Shown here one piece after another: positions 36,101-48,170 of a DNA stretch of 64,000 bases. Numbering within the stretch: position 1 is the stretch's first letter; each line of letters begins with the position of its first letter. This DNA comes from Octopus sinensis (Eukaryota): positions 38,378,001 through 38,442,000 of the forward strand of contig NC_043015.1 in the NCBI RefSeq assembly GCF_006345805.1, in the 5' to 3' direction. The notes under the pieces are model-generated. The model saw only the letters and a program-made list of their open reading frames with translations, had not been told where the DNA came from and ran no database searches. A program made the position numbers and the translations under genes.

Positions 36101-38292
36101 TTCTTGAAATAATTTTCATTTCCTTCAGCGATTAGTGTACAATCTTATACAAATATGACAGAATCTCGTATTTGTCATATGTGAGATGTTAAAGAACTTT
36201 AATGGAGATTATCTAAACAATCAGCAAAGTTCTTGGTAACAGTTTAAATCATGAAATCCCGTGGACAAAGTATATGATTAATCCTTCCAGTATTGTCATG
36301 GAAATATTTTATTTTAACAGTAAATATTTTCTGTTTCCTTCTTTAGCCAGAGAACAAGTGGTTATCGATTTTGAAGGCAAAGAACTCCACGAATTTGGGG
36401 TACCAGATGGAATGACAATTGATGTGAATGACAAGATATGGTTGGCTTGCCAATTCAGTAGCCACGTATTCCAGATTGACCCAGAAACAGGTACGGAACA
36501 CGTATTTCTTTCCTCAATCATTTTCCCCAGCTGAGCCAATGAAATCTTCTATTTCTGCGGATTTGATGTTTCTTCTTAAGTATACAAAGGATTGAGCGTT
36601 TGAAAAAAAATATCCAAAGGAGTAAACCCCTACAGAAAATCTGGTGGGAGGAATCTTAAGGCATATACACACAGTTATCTTTAACCAATATATGGAATCT
36701 GCGGCAGCTCCAGACATGCTGTGTACGTAATGACTTATCTTTCCTTCATCGTGTGTAGATGAGTGGAGAGGTTGGAAGTGTACATAGGCATTTGTTTCTG
36801 GAAACAGCCCAAACACAGCATAACCTCTGCAATACTGTTAACCAATGATAACGCCAACTAAATGTGGTGTGAAAGAAGGAAAGTTGTAAATCTAGTTGAG
36901 TTAACGGTTCCTCATGAAGATAGCAGGGACGCCGCTCGAACTCGAAAGATTGGCTGTTATGTAAACCTCCTCGAGGAATGTGAAGATGCAGGCTGGAAAG
37001 CAGAGCATTTTCTAATCGAAGTCAGATGTAGAGGGTTTGTTGGACACAGTGTGAGATGACTGTTGTTATTGTTAGGCCTAACTCATCGTAAAGTCAATAC
37101 CACCATGACTGATATCCAATCTAGAGTGGAGAAGGCTGACCACTGGATTTGGTTAAAAAGAGACGATGAGCGGTGGCTAGAAGGATATTGAGCTTTATTT
37201 GATAACCAGCTGATCTAGCAAGCGGGGCCTCATATTAGTGAGTGGGGGGCGGTGCACATTGATTCCATAGAAAAGTAGGCCCCCAAAACAGCTCGCATTC
37301 TCTCCTGATGACCCCATATTCTTGCTGGCTTCCGGTATGCAGAGTTTTTGACTGGTAGCACTTGCATGCACAAGTTGTTTGCATGACATCTAAGGGTTCT
37401 ATAAATCTTAAGGTCTATTGTTTGTGTTTGAGTTCTCTTTTAATTGTATCAGAAGTGTTTAGACTTTGCATAAATATAAAGACCATTTCCCTCGGCCGTT
37501 TTTCCAACAAGGTCACATAGAAGAATGACAGCATTTGAGATGGAGCCTGTAAAAAGAAGAATGATATGATTGGAATAATCTGCATCAATTATGCTGTGGC
37601 TGGGTGATGAGAAGAGTTATTGCTGTAGTTATTATGATTACGGTCATAACTGCCAAATAACACAGTTTATTGTAATGAGAACATCACCTGAACCATTAAT
37701 ATATTAATTAAGGTTGCCACAGGTGATTTTATGTTTCTGGGGTTGTGGCAAGGACAAGCTACTGTCTCTGAAAATAATTCCTAACAACTTTAGGATCTCA
37801 GCCCTTTGCCTCTTCTGTGTACCACATGTGATATACAGGAACTATTTCTTTAGCATCTCTACATCATAGATGATACACATTTCCGATATTTGTTCCTACC
37901 ACCAATGGAATTTGGGATTTATGGAAGGTAAGCTTTGTATTACACAGAACATATGAAACAAGGGTTAACTAAAAGGTCTGAAAACAAGTACGGAAGTTTA
38001 GGACAAACTTATAAAAATGCTTTGGACAGGCAAAGGGTTAAGTACTTAAAACCCCAAATATATCTCTCTTTTACTCATTTACTTGTTTCAGTCATTTGAC
38101 TGCAGCCATGCTGGAGCACCACCTTTTTAGTTGAGCAAATCGACTCCAGGACTTATTCTTTGTAAACCTAGTACTTATTCTATCGGTCTCTTTTTCCGAA
38201 CCGCTAAGTAACAGGGACGTAAACACACCAGCATCAGTTGTCAAGCGATGTTGGGGGGGAGGACAAACACAGACACACAAACACACACACAC

Positions 38293-38331
<39 letters not shown>

Positions 38332-39545
38332 CGACGGACTTCTTTCAGTTTCCGTCTACCAAATCCACTCACAAGGCTTTGTATCATAGAAAGTATATAA
38401 CATTTAATTGAATGAATTTGACTTGCATAATCTTGAGCTGTACAACTGATATATCTTCTAAATGCCTTGTAAAATGTCAGTTCCTTAGCAAAATAGCAAA
38501 TGGCTAAACTTTTTAAAAACAGATTGATTTACATTGTTGGTTTTTACACCCAGTTACTTCTCCTTTAGTTTATAGCAAGTGTAAAATTAAATTACCTGTA
38601 AACATTGGGCAAAGCTGTTGCAGGTAGCTTTTCTTGCTGACAGAATTGAACACAACATGACGACTCCAAAAAGAAAATATCTAACTGAAAGTATTGACTC
38701 TAAATACAACAGCGATATTCAACCTATAGTAGCCCCGATTAACAGCTAGATGGACTGAGTTGTTGGCTATGTTTACCATGGATACTTCAGTATCAGTGAG
38801 AAGATATGCACCATGAGCTCTTATCAATACATGCTACATGTTTCTGCTTTAAAGATTTGTAGAAAAACATGAATGGCTGAGTGGATAAAGTACCAGTCTG
38901 CCAGCAGTGAGTCCAGTGGTTCACATCCCAGCACCGGTAACATTGTATCTGTGGCCAAGACACTTAACTTTCAGATGGCCAAGTCCACCTAGTTTGTAAA
39001 TAGGTATCAGATGAGAGGAGCAACTTAGTACTGTGAGCGGTGACAGCTCTGTAATAAGTAATGGTGTTTCATGAACTTATAGTGCAGAGTTCAATTTTTG
39101 TTGGGAGCAGTGCAGAGCACAGGACAAGAAGGCAATCTTCACTGATGTTTTCGTGCTTCTTTGAGCTCAGCCATACACTACACTCAAAGATCTCAAATTA
39201 ACTGCATACATTAATAAGTTCATTTAGTAATGATATTACTATTGTTATGACTAGTAATAAATACTGTCCTGCTTTAGATGTTACAGGGTTTTCTACATTT
39301 CTTTTTCACCTTTTTCAATTTTAAAACCAATTTCAGGTAAAATTATAAGATCAGTCAAGTTTCCTGCAAGTCAAGTCACATCCTGCTGTTTTGGGGGTCC
39401 AAACTATGATGAACTCTACGTGACATCGAGTGCCAATTATTTAACGGAGCAACAGTTGCAGAATGAAGAGAAATTTGCTGGAAGTGTCTTCAAGGTTACC
39501 GAGTTGGGGGCTAAAGGTATAGCAGCCTCTGTCTTCTGGGGATAG
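33118..39545 (+). CDS. RGN: Regucalcin/SMP-30 (gluconolactonase, SGL family) copy 2, 301 aa, intact
   Basis: Exons 33118-33274, 34227-34409, 35764-35976, 36347-36490, 39337-39545 total 906 nt, with all introns phase 1 GT-AG. Motifs GEAPHW, NRFNDGKCD, ISNGMTW, PDGMTID and TSCCFGGPNYDELYVTS are present. Confidence 0.95.
35292..35468. repeat. ~52-bp minisatellite, about 3.5 copies
   Basis: Unit 'ctgtactagttgtactattaactatcatgtct.ctca.gtggtcagtatttc'. Confidence 0.85.
36850..37200 (+). mobile_element. RLE-type (R2/Hero-like) non-LTR retrotransposon 3' fragment
   Basis: VNLVELTVPHEDSRDAARTRKIGCYVNLLEECEDAGWKAEHFLIEVRCRGFVGHS…VEKADHWIWLKR fits a restriction-like endonuclease C-terminus. It contains one in-frame stop. 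Confidence 0.8.
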
Positions 39546-40458
39546 TATACAACACTATCCAAGTATATATGGTAATCTAAAAATCTACAGATGCAGTAAA
39601 CATGTTTTACCATAGCTACAACTGTAGCCATATTGTCAAAATAAATAAGAATTCCTTTTAAAAATACAGAAAATGTTTTTCTTAATAAGATAAATGAAGT
39701 CAGTATATGCCATAATCTTTACTACAAATATATACACCATGATGATGATGATGATGCTCAATATTCACTATAATTTATATACTACACACACACACATGCA
39801 TATATACATACATATACATATAAAAGGTTGTTTAGGTGAGTAAAGAACTGTGTGTGTGTAGACATGGTGTATGACAAAGAAGTTTTCTTCCCAGCTACAT
39901 GAAGTCCGCAGTATATGTGTGTGTGTATATGTGTGTATGTTTGTGGCGGGGGTGTATACATCCCGGGGTCTGGGAAGCCAGGAGACTGCACCAGACTCCA
40001 GTCTGATCTAGCATTAAACTCTGTTGGACTTTTGGATTTTATTCAAAGGATATTGGAATATTGCATATATACCATTATGCCTATAAAACGGATTTACAAA
40101 TTCAATACCCATACATAACTTACATCTATTTTCTTTCCTCCAACTCACTCTCTATTTTGTATCACATCGAAACTGACTATGACTTAATTTTACCTCTGAT
40201 ACCATCTCCGATGAAGGGATATTATTAATTAATATCCTAGAAACAGCTGTAAGACCTTCTATCTATAAATGATCTAATATCTATACAGCCTTGGTTTTTT
40301 TATCTTATTACGCCAAAAATTCTTATATACACACACTGACATAGAACCAACGTTGAACCCTTTATTCACAATATTACCGAATCTGGCACTTAATTATGGT
40401 CTGTCTATAGCACTTCTTCAGCATTACCTGACACCTTTGGGTCTCAATGACACCATTA

Positions 40459-40515
<57 letters not shown>

Positions 40516-40527
40516 AACATATATATG

Positions 40528-40558
<31 letters not shown>

Positions 40559-40912
40559 ATGTATACACACACTCACACGATTCCTATAAACACTCACTGT
40601 CTGTTGTTACTCTGACAAAGCCTGATAAACACATCTTTCTATTCACTTTCATTTTACTTTTTCTACTGTCACTCGCTTACTCTCTATTTGTTCTTTGAAA
40701 ACCTCCGACTTCCACTCTGCTTCTCTTCTGTGACACCAATAAATGGAGAAACCTAATGAAATCATTCCATCTGGCTGTCAAATAAAACGATAATAAAATA
40801 AAACTAAATGTGAAAAACAATCTTGTTTGTTTTCTGTGTTCTTTATGTGTACAGGCACAACTGTGAGATTAAGGAATACTCACCCTGAACTTCGCAGGTT
40901 TGTTTCCCAACA
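39288..40912 (+). repeat. Segmental duplication A (RGN copy 2 last exon plus 3' flank); partner at 54933-56381
   Basis: Long near-identical stretches in the same orientation, differing mainly in microsatellite length and a 111-nt exon deletion. Confidence 0.92.
40205..40254 (+). ncRNA. Hammerhead-like motif with a CCGAUGA core variant
   Basis: UCU-CCGAUGA-aGGGAUAUU..AAUAUCCUa-GAAA-CAGCUG-UA-AGA, with palindromic stem III ACAGCUGU. A duplicate lies at 55720-55771. Confidence 0.55.
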
Positions 40913-41699
40913 ACATGATACTGGGTTCAGTCCCACTGCATGGTACCTTGGGAAAGTGTCTCTTACTGTAGCCCCAGGCCAAACGAAGGCTTTTGAGTAG
41001 GTTTGATAGACGGAAACTGAAAGGAAACCATCATATGTATATGTGTGTGTGTGTGCGTTTATGTTTGTTTGTTTCCCCCCACCACTTGACAGCCAGTGTT
41101 GGTTTGTTTACATCCTTGTAAAGAGGCTGATACAACATGTACCAGGCTTAAAGAAATTAAGGACTGGGGTCAATTTGTTTGACCAAAACCCTTCAAGGTG
41201 GTGCCCAAGCATAGCTGGAGTCCAAAGTCTGAAACAAATATAAAATATATTTGTCTATTCTTGAAGTTTCTTCATCTCATAGGAATAAAAACATAGCCTT
41301 ATAAACATTTAGGAATTAAGATATACGTAGGGGGTGGGGGATGGAGTCTGAGAAGTTTCTGGCTTTGAGTAAAAGAAAATACAGGTGGATCAGTTAATTA
41401 TGATTTTATTCAACACCTTACCCTCTCAGATTCACACACTTATTGCAATGGTCCTTCAATTTTACTAAGCTCTGTAGAAGAACTCAGAAGGCTGGGCTTC
41501 CAACAAAGGTCTTTCACAATACTCTTAAAGCCAGGGACTTTTCAGTACCCCCTTACATATATCTTAATATAACCCCATGGAAGAAAATGATAAAAGTATT
41601 GTCTCACATAATGGAATGACAGAAATATTTCAAATTTTGGTACAAGGCATTTTAGGAGGAAGATGAAAAACCGCTATACATTTCGCCGGCGCACTAATG

Positions 41700-42054
41700 T
41701 TTCTGCCAGCTCGCCGCCTTTATTATCACTGTTGGCAATAAAAATCAATTAACTATAAAAAGGGGGTAAAAAAAAGTGCACCTAATTTGCGATCAAATCC
41801 GACACTGATTTCTGTTCCTTGTTTTTCTTTTTCCCTCAATCCCTGTTTTCTATTTCTCGCCCTGTCACAACTCCGTCAAGGTCAGCTTATGCTTTTTTTA
41901 CATGTTGATCAAGATAAAAAACCAATACAAGAGAGGCACTTCATTTATCAATGCTACTTGTTGACCTTTCTCTCTCACATGTTACCACTGAATAATTAAA
42001 ACAGAAACATTTATCTCTTGCTCTCTCCCTCTCCTTCTCTCTGTCTATATCTAT

Positions 42055-42098
<44 letters not shown>

Positions 42099-43027
42099 CT
42101 ACTTGTATATAAAAAAGAAAAAAACAGCCCATCTGTACTACCACGACAAAAAGGGTATGTTGTCCTTTTTTTTCCTTCTATCACAGGTATTTTTATTTAC
42201 ACACTTCCACCTTGCTAAACATAGCAACCGAATCTCCCACCAATCTTTGGAAAAAGAGGAATTTCAGGTCCATTCTCTCCATCTGAATTTATTATCACTA
42301 ATTTCCGTAACTTTTGCATATTTCACTTTTTCTTTTTCATTTTTATATGGAAAACCTACAGAAATGTAATTCTGCAAAATGTTAGGTAAAAGTATGCATT
42401 TTCCAAAAAGTTATAAAGAAACAAACTGGGGGTGGTCGAACATGAAATTGTAACACGGTGTAATGTAAGCATCGATATATCAATCAGAGAAAGACGTCTC
42501 TGATAAGATCACTACTTCTTACAGCTTGCAATTAGATTAGTTCGATTTTCATTTCACCATTTCATTTATATGTTCCGTTTCCTTTTTCTCTTTTAATTTG
42601 CCTCACCTGAGAGTCTTACCTGGTGTTTTGTCATGCTTGAATTAGCAACTTTCAACTTGTAAAACTTCAATATTATCAAGAACTATAAAAGAACGAGGTA
42701 TTTATAGTCACATCTTGATGATTAAACATGTCAATACTTCTTGCAACATCAAAACTACAGAATGCATCTTAGACTGATTCGGTTTTTTTATGTAGCAATT
42801 TTACTTTTTTACGTACAGTGTCCCCCCCCCCCTTATTCGCGGTCCCGATTATTCGCGGAATCGTAAATATCCTCCGCGATCTTTTATGGCATTTCGTGGC
42901 AATATATAGTTTTTCAAACTTTATAAGGCTAAATTATTAATACGTCCCTTGGCAGCTGAAGGTCGCTCTAATTAGAATCGCCGCGTACGTTGACACTTGA
43001 ATATCTCCTTGTATATCTCATTTCTGC
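41700..43027 (+). repeat. Segmental duplication B (upstream region of RGN copy 3); partner at about 62710-64000
   Basis: 42220-43027 is nearly identical to about 63180-64000. The partner runs off the window end. Confidence 0.92.
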
Positions 43028-43213
43028 TTTCAATCAAACCTTGCTAATTAGACTAATCACATCTATACTTCACACAAACTCTTTTTTAAAAATCATTGCT
43101 TCATTTGCTCATACAAATTTTTTTTTATTTCTACAGGATAATTTTTAAAGTTGTGACCCATATAGCATCATTGAAATTAGGTTACCTGTTGGTCCCCCCT
43201 CTCTCTCTCTCTC

Positions 43214-43284
<71 letters not shown>

Positions 43285-45545
43285 GTAGAGATTACAGTAT
43301 CCAGTTGTAATACAAAGTAAATTATTCAAAAATCATGATTATTTTTAATCTCTGCTCAATCTTCCATTGGTGGTATGTGCATGTTAAGGGCGGCGAGCTG
43401 GCAGAATCGTTAGCACGCCGGGCGAAATGCTTAGCAGTATTTCGTCTGCCGCTACGTTCTGAGTTCAAATTCCGCCAAGGTCGACTTTGTCTTTCATCCT
43501 TTTGGGGTCGATAAATTAAGTACCAGTTATGCACTGGGGTTGATGTAATCAATTTAATTCGTTTGTCTGTCCTTGTTTGTCCTCTCTGTGTTTAGCTCCT
43601 TGTGGGTAGTAAAGAAATAGGTATGTGCATGTTAGACGCAATGAAGATGATTTTGTAGGTTTTTCTTTTGGAAAGCCTGCGTCCAGTAGCTATCTCCAGT
43701 ATTTTGTTGCGTGATGTGTTTTTTGTAGCATGTTATTAAAGCCCTAAGATCCCGCCCAAACGAACTACACCTTCTAAGGCTCCTGGCTGTGAACATAAGC
43801 GCCAGTAAAAGGTTATAACTCTCCATGGGAAGGCACAACTGCTGGATATGTTCCGGGAAGGTAAAAGTTATGCTGCAGTAGGTCGCTGTTATGTTCTCAA
43901 CGAAAGCACTGAAGCGTACAACTTGAGGGAAATTCCTCTCTCTTTCTGTTATATATGCATAAATACGGACGTAGTAGATAACAGCTAGTCCTCGGCCACC
44001 TTTTTGGACCCTGTTGTGTCCACTACTCTGATTGGTTGGTATTGGCACCAATTTGTCTCTTGCTCTATTGCCTGCCAATATGCAACCCAACCAATCGCAG
44101 TCTTCAAATAAGGTCACGTGAGACGGTCTCTTCTAAATCTCAGTTTGCACAAACTGCTCACTATAAAACTCTAGCGACACATCGAGTCGGTGTCTTTCGG
44201 TTCCAGACCTTTTGAAGTCTAGCCACTGACCACACAGGACACAGCCAGTTCTAGCGACAACACAACAGAAGCCACATAGAGATCCATCAACATCGTCCAG
44301 CAGCATTCAGTGGCCTCCATCACTGTTGCCAGCATTCTTCCTAACATCAACATCATCTCTCTACGTACACAGCAACAAGCAACGCTCGCACAGGTTTCAA
44401 CACGACACTGTTTGTGAATCACTTCACCATGGTTAGCAGCAAAATACAACCTGCGAGAACTTCCTGTATCAAGTGACCGGCAACAGCATAGTAGCCACAA
44501 CTTCTTGTACGACACGTACCGCACAGGCTCTGCTTCTTCCCCACAACTTCTTGGTGCAGCACTTCATCTATCGTTTACCTTGACTACGAACTGATATTTA
44601 TCATCTTTGTGTCTGAACATTCTTCTAGCGTCATATTATAGACTCTTTCAATGCTCTGTACTTAATACACACACATACACATTATGTATACATGACGGCC
44701 TGTCTATTATTATGTATATATGACGCACACACAGACACACATTAACCTATCAATAAAATCTTCTCTTAAACATTCTACCCAGTTGTGTCTCTCTTTTCCT
44801 TCTGCCATTCATACGCATTTAGTCTCTTCATATATATTGTATCAACCGTGTAATGTCCAAAGGAGCCATTCTCGTCACCTTCACTTCGCTTGATCGTTTA
44901 CAGCACCATACGCTACATAAAGGAGAACAAGGTGACAATCAGGACTACCATAGCAATAAGTTTCTGTGAAAGGCCAAAAAAATAACGATAGTGAGAAATA
45001 AACACATTGTCTGGACGAAATCTGCCTTGGGAGTGTAGATCAGTGACTGCAAGAAAAAACACCCCCTTCAGGGGTAACATCACCCGTGAGAAAACAGAAT
45101 TTATACCAACAGTTCAACAGAAGAGGAGCAGAAAGCATTGAAGAACCGTAACCAGAACCAAAACCATTGACAAAACCGTAACTAAAACCATAATGTAAAC
45201 CATTGACAGCACCAGAGCCCAAAGATTTTCAAACCAGTAAGGGATACTTTGACTGTTCCCAGAAATGGTTTTAAATAAAGTGTGTTTCCCTACATGGAGA
45301 GACAGCATCAGCCAACAAAGAAGCCATCGAGAAGTACCCCGAGACCTTCAGGCAGATCATCGAGGACAAGGGATACAAATCGAAACAGGTTTACAATATG
45401 GACAAGACTGGCTTGTTCTGGAAGAAGATGCCTTCCAGAACATACATCATAAAGGATGAAGCCAGATCCCCAGGATTTAAGGCACTGAAAGACAGAGTGA
45501 TGCTAATTACGTGTGGTAATGCTGCTGGCTTCATGATGAAACCAT
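42816..45545 (+). mobile_element. Fragmented Tigger/pogo DNA transposon with nested insertions
   Basis: TA|CAGTGTCCCCC..TTATTCGCGG TIR-like start. The N-terminal HTH 'KRQ*KVITLHGKAQLLDMFREGKSYAAVGRCYVLNEST' lies at about 43790-43915. The DDE region 'QVYNMDKTGLFWKKMPSRTYI..PGFKALKDRVMLITCGNAAG' lies at about 45380-45545. Confidence 0.8.
43388..43619 (+). mobile_element. Full-length tRNA-derived SINE family 'A' with a 15-bp target-site duplication
   Basis: A-box-like tggcagaatcg, B-box gagttcaaattc and central 'tttcatccttttggggtcgataaattaagtaccag'. The TSD ggtatgtgcatgtta lies at 43372-43386 and 43620-43634. Other copies occur at roughly 3835-4015-, 8227-8400+, 11185-11335-, 57757-57960+, 61930-62130- and 62565-62731-. 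Confidence 0.9.
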
Positions 45546-46479
45546 GTAATAACATCTACGTATTTTTGCAAATGGAATATTCAAAATATTCCCATTCTTC
45601 AAAACAAATGAATAAAATGAAAGGTAATAGAAAAATACTTGACAAGAATTCTGAATCCAAATCTAAACTGGAAATAGGAAAGACTGCTGCTACAAGCAAC
45701 TACTCATATACCAATTACCTTATGAAAATATGTGTGTCTGAGAAGCTGAAAACAGTGAAAGCATTTAACACAAAATATTCCTTCCATTAAGTCTGTATCA
45801 GTATTTATTTAGATAGTTTTTCATATGATTAATAATTTCTAATTACAGAAAATCTTTCTTCAGATATTGTGACTGTATCAAGAATTGTTTATAAAATATT
45901 CTTAGAATAATTATATAGGCACGGGTGTGGCTATGTGGTAAAAATCTTGCTTCCCAACCACATAGTTCCGGGTTCAGTCCCACTGTGTGGCACCTTGAGT
46001 AGATTTGGTAGACAGAAACTGAAAGAAGCCCATCATGTGTATGTGTGTGTGTTTGTCCACCTACCATTGCTTGACTACTGATGCTGGTGTGTTTATGTCT
46101 CCATAACTTAGCGGTTCAGCAAAAGAGACCGATAGAATAAGCACTACGCTTACAAAGAATAAGTCCTGGGGTTGATTTCTTTGACTAAAACCTTTAAGGT
46201 GGTACTCTAGCATGGCCACAGTCAAATAACTGAAACTAGTAATGGAATAAAAGAAAGATATATATATATATATATGCATAAATATACATACATACGTATC
46301 TATATGCATGTATCTGTCTATCTGTATATGCATGCATACACACACTCTTTCTCTCTTGTGTATATATGTGTCTGCCTGTTTGTGCGCATGTGTCTGCACA
46401 CACAAATGCACATGCATATGCTATATATAAATGTTTCTTTGCATTTTTTTCTAAATGTAATTTTGTTTTCAGAAACAAG

Positions 46480-48112
46480 ATGTCTGTATCTGTTGCCCTG
46501 AAGAATGTCTGTCAAGGAATTGGTGAGGCACCTCACTGGGTGGAAAGTACTAAATCATTGCTGTTTGTTGATGAAGAATTTGGAGGCCTCCACAAGTGGA
46601 ACAGCATTGATAACACACATACCAAGTTTAATGCTGGTATGTATGTTTGTATATCTATCAACATGGGTGAGCAGAAAATTTCATAGACTGAAGGAGTGAT
46701 GCTAGAGCTGTGAAATCTTGCATGCATTCATTTCAACCTTTCTTATTAATAACTCCATTGTTTCTTTCCAGGTAAACTGACATCTGAATGTTGAAAGAAT
46801 ACTTCAAAAGTAATTAGTTGCAACTTCCATTGATGATGATGGTAATGATCAATATATCATGCTATCATATGATATAAGACCTCTTATACGTTATTATATG
46901 ATATGAACCATTTAAAATCTATTGAAAGATATCAATATCTTATCACATGAAGCTTGTGTTATATCTTTTACATCACAGTTCGTATCTTCTCTTGTGTATT
47001 TTACCAGATAAAAATGTCAGCTTCATCATACCTCGTGAATCTGGTGGTTATGTCGTATCATATAAGACCCATCTCGCTGATTTTGACTGGGAGAGTCGAC
47101 AGGTGAAACCATTCCTTGATGTGGAACCAGATAAACCAGGAAACGACTTCAATGATGGCAAATGTGACAGTTATGGCAGGCTTGTGGCAGGTGAGCATTT
47201 CATTGTTTTTTTTTTTGTGTAGGAAACTGTCTCTCATAGTTCGTATTTTCAGGGTTGTTGTTAAACCCTGGGCCATCTCTTACAGGATTGTAACTTCAGA
47301 GTTTCATCAGGGGCCCTACCCCCAATGTACCTAACTTTCACTCTGAAGGTACTGACCATTGATCTATTTTGGGCAGTTTTGGTATTTGCAATGGCCAGTC
47401 TATGAGGTTTCCTGGTCAGAATGAAATCAATCTACCTTGTGTGTTTGCTGGAATGGTAGGTGGTGGGGTGCCTGGTCGCTTTCTGGAAGTGGGTTGTTGC
47501 AAATTGTTTGATGAGTTCCATAACAGAACTCCAAGAGTCTTACATCCTCACCATATTCATTCTCCTCACGGACATCACAGTAGCCATCGTGTTTTTGACC
47601 AATATGTCCTGTAAAGTCACCAGGTATGATGACTGTCAAAGGTTGTCATAGAAACACTTCTGTTTGTATATTTATACAAATCTTCATGTATGGTGAGTGT
47701 TCCATAGATGCTTGGCATCTTGTGCCATTTCTGACTTTCCATCCATGACCTCTCAGATGACTATTCAGTCTTGCTGTTTTGTAACTGTGCATATCGAGTG
47801 CATATATATATGCCAGACAGAGCTGGCAACCGGCCACGAACGGACGGTGCTTTTACGTGTCACCGGCATGGGGGCCAGCCGAGGCTGGCAACGGACGCGA
47901 ACGGATGGTGCTTTTACGTGCCACCGACACGGTTGCCAGACAGAGCTGGCAAACGGCCACGAGCGGACGGTGCTTTTACGTGTCACCGGCCAGTTTATGG
48001 GTAATCCCATAAACTGGTTTTCCCTAATTTAAAAATAAATGCTACGATACACCTTAGAGTGTGCTTCTTCTTCAGATTTATGCTTTCTACAAACGGTAAA
48101 TATGTATATATA

Positions 48113-48170
<58 letters not shown>

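Noticed and set aside
43388-43475. tRNA gene (A and B boxes)
   Set aside because: It is the head of a multi-copy SINE with TSDs and shows no complete cloverleaf. No true tRNA or rRNA gene was found in the window.
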